The notes under the pieces: generated by a model
What the model was told of the DNA's origin: nothing
Seen by the model: only the letters and a program-made list of their open reading frames with translations
The model's database searches: none
Translations under genes and position numbers: made by a program
In this document: piece after piece, positions 18,697 through 29,735 of the stretch
Numbering within the stretch: position 1 is the stretch's first letter
Layout: the number at the start of each line of letters is the position of its first letter
NCBI GenBank assembly: GCA_965219455.1
Contig: OZ244744.1
Coordinates: 1,664,001 to 1,728,000 of the forward strand
Length of the DNA: 64,000 bases
Reading direction: 5' to 3'
From: Candidatus Latescibacterota bacterium
Lineage (GTDB): Bacteria; Latescibacterota; UBA2968; GCA-2709665

Positions 18697-20584
18697 ACCT
18701 AAAATAAGCGAGTATTGGTGTTTGGTGAACAGAATTGCAGATTTGTGCGACGTTGTGGTTGAATGACGTATGTGTGTTGTCTATTGAGGTGCGCGGGAGG
18801 TCGTTTTGAGGTTTGTGGAGTGTAAGTTGGTGTGGTAAAGCGCAGCGTTAGGGGTGTGTTGTTGGTGTCTGGTTGTGGTGTAGGCGTATTTGTCCGTTAC
18901 GTCGCCGTGGGCGTCGTGGATCCCGTGGTATGTGATGACGGTTCGTGCGGGTGTCATGTGAAGCCGGTGCGTTCGATGGTAGCCCAGGCGCTCAAGAGTC
19001 TATTCAGTGACGGCTGATAGCCGATGATGCGCACGGTGGTGCTTCGGGCGTGTCGCACGACACGACAGGGAAAAAGGATGATGTGTGAGAGGAAGGTCCG
19101 GAAGTCCATACGGATATAGTGTCGGCGGTGTTTTTTTCGATGCATCATCAAGGCAAACCACGCCTTGATGTTCCAGGCCAGCGCGGCGATGACCATGTAG
19201 GCCCAGTTGCTGATCAAGTCATACAAGGGCACGCGCAGGGCATTGACGCCGTTCTTGAGCTGTTCGATGACGTTTTCCTGGTCGCATCGTTTGTTGGCAG
19301 CAAAGACGACCTCGGCGGGCGTCAGGTCGTCGCGCGTGGTGATGTAGAAGAAATAGCGGATTTCGTCGAAGAGGGTCTGCTCACCTTTGGCCTTACTGAT
19401 GTTTTTTCGCAGCGCCACAACGCGGTAGGGGCGTTTGCACTTGCCGGGCTGGTAGTCAAACTCGGCCACGTCTTCGAAGTTCAGCGCCAGCTTGAGGTAG
19501 CCCCGCGCCTTGACGATACGCTGCTTCTCATTGTCGCGCCGCTGCCTTTTCTGGGGCGCGTGAGGTCGGTGCAGGCGCTGCCAGTTGGCTTCGTCAAGGG
19601 CCTTGGCCCGTGTTCGTAAGGCGTCATTGCAGTCCATCCCGAAGATGAAATCGACGTCCTTTGCCCAGCGATCGAGGTGAGCCGTAAGCGAAAAGTCCGT
19701 GTCGCCGCGTAGGCACACGCGCTTGGCGTGGGGCTTCACCACCCGGATGGACGCATCGATCCAGGGGGCGGCCCCCTGGTGAGAAGACGCGTTGCCCGGA
19801 CGGTTGACGATATACAGCACCTCTTTGGTATTGGCCAACGATACGATCAGGGGCGCATACCCCCACACGCCCTTGTAGGAGATGTCCATGCCGCCCTTCT
19901 TCTCCCCATACGTTGGGGCGCTTGTGCCATCCACGTCGATGTACGCTACCGAAGAAAGCAAACTGGCGGCCCGCGTGCGCCACAACTTAGACCGTACCGC
20001 GTTAATGCAGTCCATCAGCCCGATCACGTCAGCTTCCGTGAAGCGACGCGTAAAGTCGCCCGCAGTCGTCGGGTCCGGGATCAGCTTCGCGTTCAACGCA
20101 TTCATGTAGGCCTCGTCGTGCCGCAAACGCTCGATGTCTTCCAGACGCGTGCCACCGCACATCACGTTGTAGGCAAGGTTCAACACGTGATCCGACTCAT
20201 GATACGGCAGATGAACCTTCAACAACTTCAACTTCTCGTCTATCTCTTCGACCAATCCCAATTTGGTCACCAGACGATGCACGGCCGCAATGCCACCGCA
20301 GCTCATCGCTGCTGCTTGCGCGCTGACCTCGTAATGCACATAGGTGCTGCCAAACATCGGCTTGCCTTGTGCACAAAAACGACCGCCAAGCTTTTGCCGA
20401 GTACGTACCTTGCGCCCACAATTAACACTGTTCCTGCGGCTTTCTTTTACCGATATTCTCTTCACCGGAAAGACCCCCTTCGTTGGTGTATCAACAGACT
20501 GTCTGATACTTCTAACTCCAACTAAGATAAGTCTTTCCGGTACTTTTGTACATAAAAATCTCAAAAAACCCGCTTAATTAGAGT
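18697..20584 (-). mobile_element. IS1380-family insertion sequence
   Basis: Imperfect IRs acctaaaataagcg / cgcttaattagagt; TTAG duplication at 18693-18696 and 20585-20588. Confidence 0.9.
18954..20564 (-). CDS. IS1380-family DDE transposase (true start probably GTG ~20465)
   Basis: IDVDGT, LRGDTDF, RCDQENVIEQLK, N.AY. Confidence 0.93.
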   Translation of the reverse strand: MRFLCTKVPERLILVGVRSIRQSVDTPTKGVFPVKRISVKESRRNSVNCGRKVRTRQKLGGRFCAQGKPMFGSTYVHYEVSAQAAAMSCGGIAAVHRLVTKLGLVEEIDEKLKLLKVHLPYHESDHVLNLAYNVMCGGTRLEDIERLRHDEAYMNALNAKLIPDPTTAGDFTRRFTEADVIGLMDCINAVRSKLWRTRAASLLSSVAYIDVDGTSAPTYGEKKGGMDISYKGVWGYAPLIVSLANTKEVLYIVNRPGNASSHQGAAPWIDASIRVVKPHAKRVCLRGDTDFSLTAHLDRWAKDVDFIFGMDCNDALRTRAKALDEANWQRLHRPHAPQKRQRRDNEKQRIVKARGYLKLALNFEDVAEFDYQPGKCKRPYRVVALRKNISKAKGEQTLFDEIRYFFYITTRDDLTPAEVVFAANKRCDQENVIEQLKNGVNALRVPLYDLISNWAYMVIAALAWNIKAWFALMMHRKKHRRHYIRMDFRTFLSHIILFPCRVVRHARSTTVRIIGYQPSLNRLLSAWATIERTGFT

Positions 20585-20728
20585 TTAGACCCCTTCACAT
20601 GGGTCCACATAGTTCTATGGATACGTATATTGGACTGATATTGAAGCTTGGCGGAAAATGGAAAAGGCAGACGAAGAAAAACAAGCTTAATTCTACTTGA
20701 CTTTCGGCGAAAACACGCCATCGTTGAA

Positions 20729-20775
20729 TAGACCCCACATTCCTTCATACAAAGGAATTGTGGGGCTGTTTTTTT
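20729..20775 (+). terminator. Intrinsic terminator after toxin gene
   Basis: ccccacattcct...aggaattgtgggg followed by T run. Confidence 0.65.
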
Positions 20776-20913
20776 CTACGGAATGTAACAACAAAAACGA
20801 GCCAACTGATGTCGTTTCGATTGCCCACCCAAACGTTGGGGAGGATTTCCAATCACGCGCGGCGACGCTGGTTCTCGGTGAATTGTGGGGAGATACCGGA
20901 AATGTCAAACCCA

Positions 20914-21777
20914 TCACTCAGCAAACTGGGCTTCAATAGCGCTGACCAGATCGGGCACGTGCTCGTCAAAGCCATGATTCAGCGCAAAGAAGAGGACGAA
21001 AAAGGGCTTTCGCTTCGACTCGTAATCCACCCTCGTCCAGAAATCGTCACCCATGGGCAACCGGTAGTTTTCAGCCATTTCTTCGGCGAAGGGCTTCCCG
21101 AACCTGCGGTAGAACGTTGCGAAATCAGCCGCAGGATCGCTCAGGCTGATGTCGCCGAATTCAATCACCCCGGCAATTTCCGATCGGGCCGCGTCGAGAA
21201 GTACGTTATTGGTACCAAAGTCCGAATGAGCGACGGTGTTCCGGTATGCGGCGGACGCGACTCTCGACAATGCTCTATCGAAGTAGCATTCAGCTTTCTT
21301 ACGGGTATGACCTTGGAGACGCGGTGAAACGGCCGGCCACAACTCCCGCCAGAAATCGCCGCCGCCGAATGGAGCGGCATTGAGATCCCAGTGTTCAAAT
21401 GCAACGGCGTGGAGACAGGACAGGAAATTTCCCAATGCTGCTGCCAGGTTCGATCTCTCACCCGTGCCCAGACTCCTGAATATCGCCTCGGAAAACTTGA
21501 CACCCTCGATCTTTTCGTAGGCGATGAAGTTGCCGCCCGAATACCGAATTTCCGGGATCGGAAGAGGTGAATGCCTCTTGAACTACGGTAGAAAAGCCTG
21601 TTCAACGGCAAGCTGCGTATTCGAAGGGTCCCGAACGAAACGAAATATCCACTTCCCGTTTACCTCCAAGACGACATTCGTCCAGCCGCCATCCTCCCGC
21701 ACCAGCGATGCGACCGGCTCATTCAGAATGTTCCGGACGATCGATTCGTAGGTAACCGTCGGAATGGGTGTTTCCAA
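20914..21777 (-). pseudogene. Aminoglycoside-phosphotransferase-family pseudogene
   Basis: ORFs 21583-21777 and 20914-21435 are in frame, separated by one TAG; GGWTN, WIFRF, HSDFGTNN, GVIEFGD. Confidence 0.8.
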
Positions 21778-23639
21778 ATATCGATGTGGTAGACACCATT
21801 GTTCAGGCGGCTGTTGTCGATCGAATTTTCGGACCCGGAAATTCGAAAGTCACGAGGCAGATGCTATTGCTCCTCATTGAGGTATTGATTGAACCAGTTG
21901 AGCACGCTCTTGTAATAATCCCTGGTATCCTCAGCCGACCCCTCTTTCAAATGATGGCCTTCGCACTTATATTCTCGCATTTCCACTCGTTTGCCGAGTC
22001 GCCTGAGACCGAGGAATGTCTCCCTTGCATTCACCGATCCCCGCACATCGTGGCTTCCACATACAACCAACACCGGCGCTTCAACCTGGTCGAAAGCAAA
22101 GAGCGGCGAGTTCTTGATATAGGCATCTCGTTTTTCCCAGAGACTTCCGCCATTTCGCGCCTGCGGGCCCTCGCACCACTCCATTCCATTTACATCTACA
22201 AGGTAAGTGCTGGTCATGTTGATTCCGAACGGCGCGCTGGCAACCGCGGCGCGGAAAGCCTTTGTGAGCGTAACCAATGCCATGACGCCATAACCACCAT
22301 AGCTGTGTCCACAGACACCGATTCGATTGTTGTCGGCAATACCCATTTCTATGGCGCGATTAACTGCAGGTAGTGTTACCCGTACGATTTGATCAATTGG
22401 GTTGTTGTCCTCCATAATCGAGTCCGGATATAGTGCAGCATAACCGGCGCTGGTGAGTAACTGCGCTTCCGAGAGATACCTATTGCTGTTTGAAAAATCG
22501 TTCCCAGGATAGATAGTTACAACCATGGGCAGACTGCCCTCCGCCAGAGCGTTATTGGGAAGGAAAAGCGCTGCCTCCTGCACACGACCATTCGCATCCT
22601 TGAACTCTATGGTTTTGCGCACCGGTTGAGCCACATCGCGACGCCAGGGATTGGTCTCAAGTAGTGTCGTTGTCTCTCCACAGTCGAGAGCGTACGCATT
22701 TACCGCTTCTCCGCCAGGAGCGAAAACGGTACGTTCGGATGCGACCAGAGTGAACTCATCAGGGCTTGAAAGTTGCGCGGGACAAACCCTGGTCATCTCG
22801 CCTGAAACAGAGTGGATGCGGACGATGTATTTCAAGTTTTCGCGTGTGTCAGTCGCATGGGCAAGAATATTGCCCCGATCATCCGTATGAAGTACTGATT
22901 CTCCGTACCGTTGTGCAATCGCATTTATCCTCAGATGATTGCCAGTCGAATCTTGGGAGAGTTGGCGGTTACGACCGTCCTCAATGGACAGGTGATACAA
23001 ACTTCCTTTTTGGAGCCATACAAGGCGCCTGCCATCATCGGTCCACCACGGCATTTGACGGTTACCCCAGTACGAAGTGAATTTTGTCGCCATTGCAGGC
23101 TCAGTTGATCCGTCCGCAGGTGCGAGGTAGAGGTATAGAGGTTCTCCCTGGTTTCCACCGGTGACATAGGAAATCGTCTGGCAATCGGGCGACCACGAGA
23201 AACGGCAAGCATAAGTGTTGACCGGTACGTTCCGTGCGACCGTGTAAGGCTCGCGACCATCAAACGGGACGACATTCACATCGGCAATCAGGTGAGGGCG
23301 ATCCACGGGAGATGAAATTTGATTGAGAAACGCGACGGCTTGCCCATCAGGAGCCATACGCAGGATTCCGGGCCTGAGACCGGGCGCAAACTCAGTGACA
23401 ATGCCTGAGTTTACCTCCAAAACACCGACACACTTATCAATATCGGAATGTTCAAGGAACGAGCTATACTGATCTGAGGCTGGGCCATCCGGAGTGTAAG
23501 ATCGCACAATGATGCCGCGGGTTTTAGTAGCGTCACGGGCATTCGGGACCAGCGGCACAATGATGCAGCGACCGTTGGGAGTCCATTGAGGAACGTCAAA
23601 GTTAAAAACCCAGGGAATCATAGCGTTGGATACAATTAA

Positions 23640-25192
23640 CCTCAATGTGAAATAAATCAGGCGGCTTTCTGGAGCGCGTTGCAGATTTTACGGTATTGTT
23701 TTTCGGTGTGCTTGTTGCGTTGGAGGCGCAGGGTTAGACGCCCTTCGGGTCGCACGAGGTGTCCGGCTCGGTTGATGAGCTCGAACCGGAGAGTACGTAT
23801 GGATTTGAGCGGCCATCGGTTGGTATTTTTCAAGGTGCGATTGCGTTTTGTGAGTCCGGTTTCGATTTGGAAGTTGACCAGGAGGTTGTGCGCGAGAATG
23901 ACGAACTGTTGCCAGGCACTATTGGCGTGGTAATGGTGCGTGGGGATGGTATCGAAGCTAAGTCCGGTCTTGAGTTCGCCAATGGCTTTTTCGTGGGCAC
24001 CACGGCCTGCCATGAAGCGCCAGAGCGCGCGCAACTTGAAGGGTAGATTGGTAGCCACCGCACTGTATTCGAAGGTGCCATCATCGGGATCGAACAGGTC
24101 CAACTGGTAGTTCTTTCGGGTTTGATGCATCACGCGTTTTCGAAAGATGGCAATGTTGAGGGTGCGTTTCCATTTTTTGACCGTCAGCGTTGACGTGAAG
24201 CCGTCGACGCCCTTCTCGATGCGCTGCCAGTTGCTGCATTGACGGATTTTGTGCTGTAAGTCCAGGCCTTTCCAGAAGGGTACCTTGATGGCATACGAGG
24301 CCTTGTTCTTGATGAGCGTGTTCACCACATCCTCTTTGAAAAAGGCGCCATCCATGCGGAATCGCAGAGTGTAGGCGTGTCCCAAGGTCTCTTTGATCTG
24401 GGAAAACACGTCCTTTAGAAACAGGATGGAGGCGCTGCCATCATTGACGTTGCCTGCCCGGTTGTGCACGCCCAGAAAATGACCACTGTCGGCCAGGTAG
24501 GCGGTGATCGGATAGTAACTGGGGACTTTGCGATGATGCGGATTATACCCGCGGCGGGCACCGCCGACGCGTTTTCCGGTGCACAAGACGGTGCCGTCCA
24601 CGTCGATCGTCAATTTTCGGGCGCGCAACAGGTTGATCTTATGGGCAACCACGTCGGCGTTGAGGGCTTTCAGGGCGTTGAGACCCTTGTCGGAAAACCG
24701 TCTCAGAAACGTACTCACGCTGCGGGGGGTCGGTAGATCCGTCAGACCGCAAAACCGCTGCAGCAGGGGATCTCCTTTCAAGAAATCCAGATGCCGCAAC
24801 CGACGGCCGCCTACCCACAGCAAACCCAACAGAACACGGCACAGGCTCACCACACCGAAATCGCCGCCAAAGCCCACACTGCCCAGGTGACGGCGCAACT
24901 GCCTGTTCCAATCCACGTTTCGCAAATATCGCATCAACAGTTCCAAACCCGCATACGAGGTGAGGCCTTCACCGGTGAATTCCATCTTCAAATTGTCGTT
25001 GACACGCGCGTGCAAATCCGCTTTCTTTCGTCTCACTGTACGTGGCCTTTCGTTTTGGGTTAAATGGGTCGTTTGTCGCTTCCCAATATACCAAAATGGA
25101 AGGCCTTTTCCTATTGAAAAATATAGACTTATTCGCATTCTCGCTTAGTCTTCAATACCCCGAAATTCATCAACATTATTTTCGCATTGAGG
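23640..25192 (-). mobile_element. IS1380-family insertion sequence (second lineage)
   Basis: IRs cctcaatgtgaaataa / ttattttcgcattgagg; TTAA duplication. Confidence 0.92.
23657..25138 (-). CDS. IS1380-family transposase
   Basis: LTSYAGL, IDVDGT, RMDGAF, RGAHEKAIGELK, ANSAW. Confidence 0.92.
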   Translation of the reverse strand: MRISLYFSIGKGLPFWYIGKRQTTHLTQNERPRTVRRKKADLHARVNDNLKMEFTGEGLTSYAGLELLMRYLRNVDWNRQLRRHLGSVGFGGDFGVVSLCRVLLGLLWVGGRRLRHLDFLKGDPLLQRFCGLTDLPTPRSVSTFLRRFSDKGLNALKALNADVVAHKINLLRARKLTIDVDGTVLCTGKRVGGARRGYNPHHRKVPSYYPITAYLADSGHFLGVHNRAGNVNDGSASILFLKDVFSQIKETLGHAYTLRFRMDGAFFKEDVVNTLIKNKASYAIKVPFWKGLDLQHKIRQCSNWQRIEKGVDGFTSTLTVKKWKRTLNIAIFRKRVMHQTRKNYQLDLFDPDDGTFEYSAVATNLPFKLRALWRFMAGRGAHEKAIGELKTGLSFDTIPTHHYHANSAWQQFVILAHNLLVNFQIETGLTKRNRTLKNTNRWPLKSIRTLRFELINRAGHLVRPEGRLTLRLQRNKHTEKQYRKICNALQKAA

Positions 25193-25792
25193 TTAACACT
25201 TCGCGTGTGTGTCTGTTCCATAATCCTACACAAGCGTGCGCATCCTGCGCTACGACGTATGCGGCAAGCGTTTGTCCGTCTGGCGATCGCCCTGCCCAGC
25301 TCATTTGCAGATCGGAAAACGGCTCCATGGACTCACCGGTTTCAACGTCTACCAGGACAATATATGCGCCGTTTGCTTGACTATTATTGGTTTCGTGTGT
25401 GACGCGACGCTTCCCCTGACTGAGTGTCACGGCGAGCAACCCGCCATCAGGCGAGATATCCCACGGGCAACGACGGGTAAACTGGTTGACGTTCAACAAG
25501 TCATCAACGGTGAATGGTCGTGACATACCTGTCTCCTTTGGTGTTTGCTGCTGTGGGTACCCGTTAAGGACGACCGATTGTTTGGGTTCTGATTTAACCA
25601 GATCATCCACTATGCCAGTGCATCTCTGAATATCGTCGAAGCAGCTCAGGGCAAGGTTAAGGACCTCAGGTTCAGGGAGCACCGTATGGTTTTCATTCTT
25701 CAGTGTAACAGACGAAAAGCTGGCAGCTATTCTCCGCTTCTGATAGTCATGTGCCAATTATCTCACTCCATATTGGTACGCAGGGCAAGAGC

Positions 25793-25824
25793 GGCAGACA
25801 GGAATGTCTGCCCCACCTTCACAC
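25793..25824 (-). repeat. GTGG-tagged REP copy
   Basis: ggcagacaggaatgtctgccccaccttcacac. Confidence 0.85.
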
Positions 25825-25874
25825 ACGATTCTTCGATGTCTGGAAAAGCCACTATGGTGGATGATGGTATCGCG

Positions 25875-26540
25875 TTAGCATCCACCTTTTTCTTTCCAAA
25901 TGTCGACCGCATGCTGAAAGCCGATTTCGGGGCTGCTGAGGATTGGAATTGAGATCTCCGGGCACAATTTCGCCGCTCCGGCCATGGAGGCCTGCGCCAG
26001 TACGATGACGTCTCCTTCAGACGCGCGCTCCTTTAATTTACTGGCGATTTCACTGAAATACCCTTCATTGTCTCCCTCCTCGAGCCTGCTCCAGGCGTTG
26101 TCACAGAGAACCTCGATCAGTTCAACGCGTTTTTGACGCATACTAGCGACTTCAAGAATCAGGTTTCGGGTTGGAGCGAGCGTACTCTCAAGCGCGGCGG
26201 CAACAATGATTCGCGATCCGATTTCCACAGCTTTCGCGGCCATCGGACGATCGACCCGGACAATGACGCCGTCCGCTTTGTCATTTGCGCTTTCCGCACT
26301 TGCACCAATTGTAGAACACGTGCAGAGCACCACGGATGCGCCTTCCTCGATCGCGGAGCAGATGCGGCCCTGAATACGTCCATCCAGGTCTTGAGAAATC
26401 CCCTTTTCACGAGCCTCCGTCAAGAATCGCTCCTCCACAATGTGTCTGACGGGAAATTCCAGATCGGCTTCCTCAATAAGCCGATCAAAAGTATCGATCA
26501 GCACCGGTGTCGTGTGAAGAAGGGCCAGATGTGATTTCAT
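25875..26540 (-). CDS. Asp/Glu/hydantoin racemase-like protein
   Basis: LLHTT, LCTCSTIG, VRVDRPMA, VIVLAQASMA, PILSSP. Confidence 0.85.
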   Translation of the reverse strand: MKSHLALLHTTPVLIDTFDRLIEEADLEFPVRHIVEERFLTEAREKGISQDLDGRIQGRICSAIEEGASVVLCTCSTIGASAESANDKADGVIVRVDRPMAAKAVEIGSRIIVAAALESTLAPTRNLILEVASMRQKRVELIEVLCDNAWSRLEEGDNEGYFSEIASKLKERASEGDVIVLAQASMAGAAKLCPEISIPILSSPEIGFQHAVDIWKEKGGC

Positions 26541-26645
26541 GCAATGACTTCCTTTCGTTGATAGGTAACGTTCGCACGATTTGAAATTGCGACCTGGCAG
26601 AGAGTCACCTGGATCCGCCGCCAAACTGCATGTTTAAGGTGGATT

Positions 26646-27839
26646 CTAACAACTAAACCCATCAAACAGACTCACCTTTGGCAAATCCGGGAGCTTATTC
26701 GCACCTTTAATCAAATCCAGATGTTCTGTAGGTAATGACTCATAAAAGCAGGGCGCCAAATATAAATCACATAACGTCGGGAGCCCGCCTTTCAATAAAT
26801 CTTCAGTTAAGACAATATCCGGTCGTTTTGAACCAGATAAATGCTCGACCATAGACACATATCCCATTATACCAAGCGGAAGTGTCACATTGAGTACGAC
26901 CGTTTTATTACGTTCGAGCGGTAAAACCACTACGACATCGAAAATGTGATCAACTTTCCTATATAAACGGTCGACCCTTTCGAATCTCTCGCCACCGCGC
27001 CTGTGTTCGAACACGACCCCACAATAAATGGACGGATTTTCAACAAACCAAGAAGCCACCCTGACAACATCTTTCCCATAATCGAGTCCTGCCAGCAATT
27101 CTTTTGTTATGCGGAATTTCTGATATGCACCGTACAACATCTGCCTCTTAACAAACTCCGCATTAACCGGTTTCCGGTCTTTATCTCCGTACTCTGACAG
27201 GATCATTATGTCCGACCACCCATCCTTTGACAAGCCCAAGTCTTCCAACACATCTGTGATGTAACACTCTTTGACCGTCTGTTCAAAAAACCTGAAATAC
27301 AAAGAACAGGCACTGCGATATATCTGCTTGAAAAAGGCCTTTTGGTCCATCATCCCATCGTCGATAGCCGAGAACAGTCTATTGTCACAATTTTCGCAAA
27401 ACCCACGAAATGTCACACCGGAAGACCGATGGCCAGCAGATTCCAATTTAAAATTCGCATAAGACCAAAACATCGAATCATCAACATCCTTGCCATCGAA
27501 ATTCCTCTTGTAGTCGCGCTTCAAAACATACACATGCCCATCTCGTGACAGATGCTTATTCAAATAATTCGCATCGCCTATAACATGATTTCGAACATTG
27601 CCATCAGCCTTACCACAGCACATACATGGCATCGTGATATAATATTTGGGATAGATCTCGATCTCCGTAAGGTGTTTAAGTAACTCTGTACATCGATCAA
27701 CAGGACTCATCTTGCTGAGTTTCTCAGCATTTACCTTTAAATGAAGTTCATGTGCGCCTCTAAATTCGTGGTACACATCCAAAAAATCCTCGTTGACCCA
27801 CTCCCGAAAATCCTTTGTTGCGTACATAGGTTCCGCCAA
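26646..27839 (-). CDS. AT-rich hypothetical protein with Cys/His (HNH-like Zn) motif
   Basis: PCMCCG..NHVI and TFRGFCENCDNRLF. Confidence 0.7.
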   Translation of the reverse strand: MAEPMYATKDFREWVNEDFLDVYHEFRGAHELHLKVNAEKLSKMSPVDRCTELLKHLTEIEIYPKYYITMPCMCCGKADGNVRNHVIGDANYLNKHLSRDGHVYVLKRDYKRNFDGKDVDDSMFWSYANFKLESAGHRSSGVTFRGFCENCDNRLFSAIDDGMMDQKAFFKQIYRSACSLYFRFFEQTVKECYITDVLEDLGLSKDGWSDIMILSEYGDKDRKPVNAEFVKRQMLYGAYQKFRITKELLAGLDYGKDVVRVASWFVENPSIYCGVVFEHRRGGERFERVDRLYRKVDHIFDVVVVLPLERNKTVVLNVTLPLGIMGYVSMVEHLSGSKRPDIVLTEDLLKGGLPTLCDLYLAPCFYESLPTEHLDLIKGANKLPDLPKVSLFDGFSC

Positions 27840-28114
27840 CGTTCAATATTCAACTGCGGGTTTGCCGACTCGAGGAACGGCGACACCAACTAACAAGACG
27901 CTTTCTACGCGACGTTGCATAAAATAGATTTATTCGGCAATGAAGCTGGTGCATATATGCCCTCTATAAGCCAATAGCATAAGTGAATGTCGTGTGATTG
28001 GGGTAGAATTCCCTGCTCAACCGTGCTCGCATGAAGTGCATCCAATAGAATTGCCTGTGTGCCGGTTTGGGGATCCGCCGCCAGAGAGTTCTACGATGGC
28101 GACTCTGCTTTTCC

Positions 28115-28909
28115 TCAAGGCGCCGATGCCGCGACGGTCAACCAGACAGGCAGACCCGCGCGTGGATTCGTCCGCCAGTCCAGCAACGAATCGTCTGCAT
28201 CGGCCGCCCCGTCCACACCCCGCCAGTATCCGGAATCCCGAGCCGGGCTTTCGATGACTTTCTTCAATACCAATCCAGCTTGCGCAAGCGGATTGAGCAG
28301 GTCCGCGAGGGTCCAATGATGCTCATACGAATCCTCTTCGGACCCTCGGAAAGGGCCGGTATCCCAGTAGGGTTTCGCCATTTCTACAGGTGCGACCTGT
28401 TCTTTCCACGGGCGCGTGAAGGGATGAATGTCGTAGAAGACGTATGCGCCTCCTGACTTCAGGATACGCGCGACCTCTGAGAATACGCCATAGAGATCGG
28501 CGATCCACACGAAAAAGCCGTTCGTCGAACACACCAGATCGAAGCTCGAATCGGACAGCGAATCGAGGCTGGCAGCGTCGGAACGCACGAAATCTATCGA
28601 CAGACCCAGCGCGTCCGCACGGTCCGCCGCCCGTTTCAATCGTGCCTCGGAGATGTCCGTAGAAGTAACCCTGGCGCCCAGACCCGCCAGTGCATAGGCC
28701 GCCAGGTTGTCTCCGCTGCCGATCACACAGACCCGCTTGCCGCCCAGCGTTCCCATCATTTCCCGGATGGTCTCAAGCGCCCCTCCATCGAATCCCAGCT
28801 CGGGTTTCTGGCGGCACCTTCGCCAGAGGCCGTCGCGAATCAGACGTTCCTCCCAATCCGCGGCCATATCGTCCCATCGCCGGCGGTTGGCTTCGTGTAT
28901 TTCGTTCAT
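28115..28909 (-). CDS. Class I SAM-dependent methyltransferase
   Basis: VIGSGD, TDIS, FDLV, RILKSGG..YDIHP. Confidence 0.88.
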   Translation of the reverse strand: MNEIHEANRRRWDDMAADWEERLIRDGLWRRCRQKPELGFDGGALETIREMMGTLGGKRVCVIGSGDNLAAYALAGLGARVTSTDISEARLKRAADRADALGLSIDFVRSDAASLDSLSDSSFDLVCSTNGFFVWIADLYGVFSEVARILKSGGAYVFYDIHPFTRPWKEQVAPVEMAKPYWDTGPFRGSEEDSYEHHWTLADLLNPLAQAGLVLKKVIESPARDSGYWRGVDGAADADDSLLDWRTNPRAGLPVWLTVAASAP

Positions 28910-29000
28910 GGATACGTCCTCTTCAATTGTACCCGTCCTTGCTGTTCTCCACCGGAACAATTTTAATGTGCTGTGCGACAGTTTGGTGGGTAGCCACGGA

Positions 29001-29609
29001 TCAGGTTCCCCCCAGAATGCGCTTCAGCAACTCAGGATGCAGTCTCCGCAATTCCAGAAGCCAGGCAGTCGTTCCCACCGGCTTCAGGCGAGCGGAACGC
29101 GGGATACGCAGCCGTTCCTGGAGGATGCCGCCTCGCCGCTCCAGTTCGTCAACGGTGAAAGATTCCGTGGCGAATTCATGGAAGAGATCCGGCTTCAGCG
29201 TCGCGATCCCCGAAAGATCGCGCGGATCCGGCCGCCCTATCGTATGACCTGCATAAACGGCCACCTTCGCACCCGGGACGAATCCCGGATCGTTTCCCTC
29301 CCACAGAAATTGCACGCCGTCAGGCAGGCTTCCCGGTGGAAGAAGCGATACCGTCCCCTCCGGGTCGATCGAAAAGGACTGCGTCGTTCTATCGAACGCG
29401 ACTCTGCAGCCGATTTCTTCCATCGCTTCCCTCTGCAGGGCACCCTCAAGGGACTCGCCTTTCTCAACCGTGCCGCCGATGCAACTCATGCCAATTTCCA
29501 GAACAGCATCTGGCGCACGCTTCCACTTCTTTGGTTTCTGGAGTTCGAAGAGAAAGCCATTCTTCTCTCTCAGGATAATCGCAACACCAATGATTAATGA
29601 GTCTGACAT
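29001..29609 (-). CDS. NUDIX hydrolase
   Basis: GGTVEKGESLEGALQREAMEEIG. Confidence 0.9.
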   Translation of the reverse strand: MSDSLIIGVAIILREKNGFLFELQKPKKWKRAPDAVLEIGMSCIGGTVEKGESLEGALQREAMEEIGCRVAFDRTTQSFSIDPEGTVSLLPPGSLPDGVQFLWEGNDPGFVPGAKVAVYAGHTIGRPDPRDLSGIATLKPDLFHEFATESFTVDELERRGGILQERLRIPRSARLKPVGTTAWLLELRRLHPELLKRILGGT

Positions 29610-29735
29610 TTCATCGTCGACCGGTGAGACGCGCCGCATCTCCTGACGTCGGGCGATGGGCGATAGGCTTACATCTTACCTTCGCTGATCAGTTCAATAG
29701 CAGAAGGACCAGTCTGTACCTTGTAATGTGTCCTA

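Larger units (their letters stand above)
18464..20700 (+). pseudogene. RelE/ParE-superfamily toxin interrupted by IS1380
   Basis: KQFKKLPPQIQ..YQVRLNKNFRMAF..NETF; removing the IS and one TTAG gives in-frame RPLHMGPHSSMD...NST*. Confidence 0.75.
21864..25526 (-). pseudogene. S9 family peptidase interrupted by IS1380
   Basis: MSRPFTVDDLL start after AAGGAG; rejoining at TTAA gives in-frame REVL-IVSNAM; GHSYGG, GSHD, EGH triad motifs. Confidence 0.88.
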
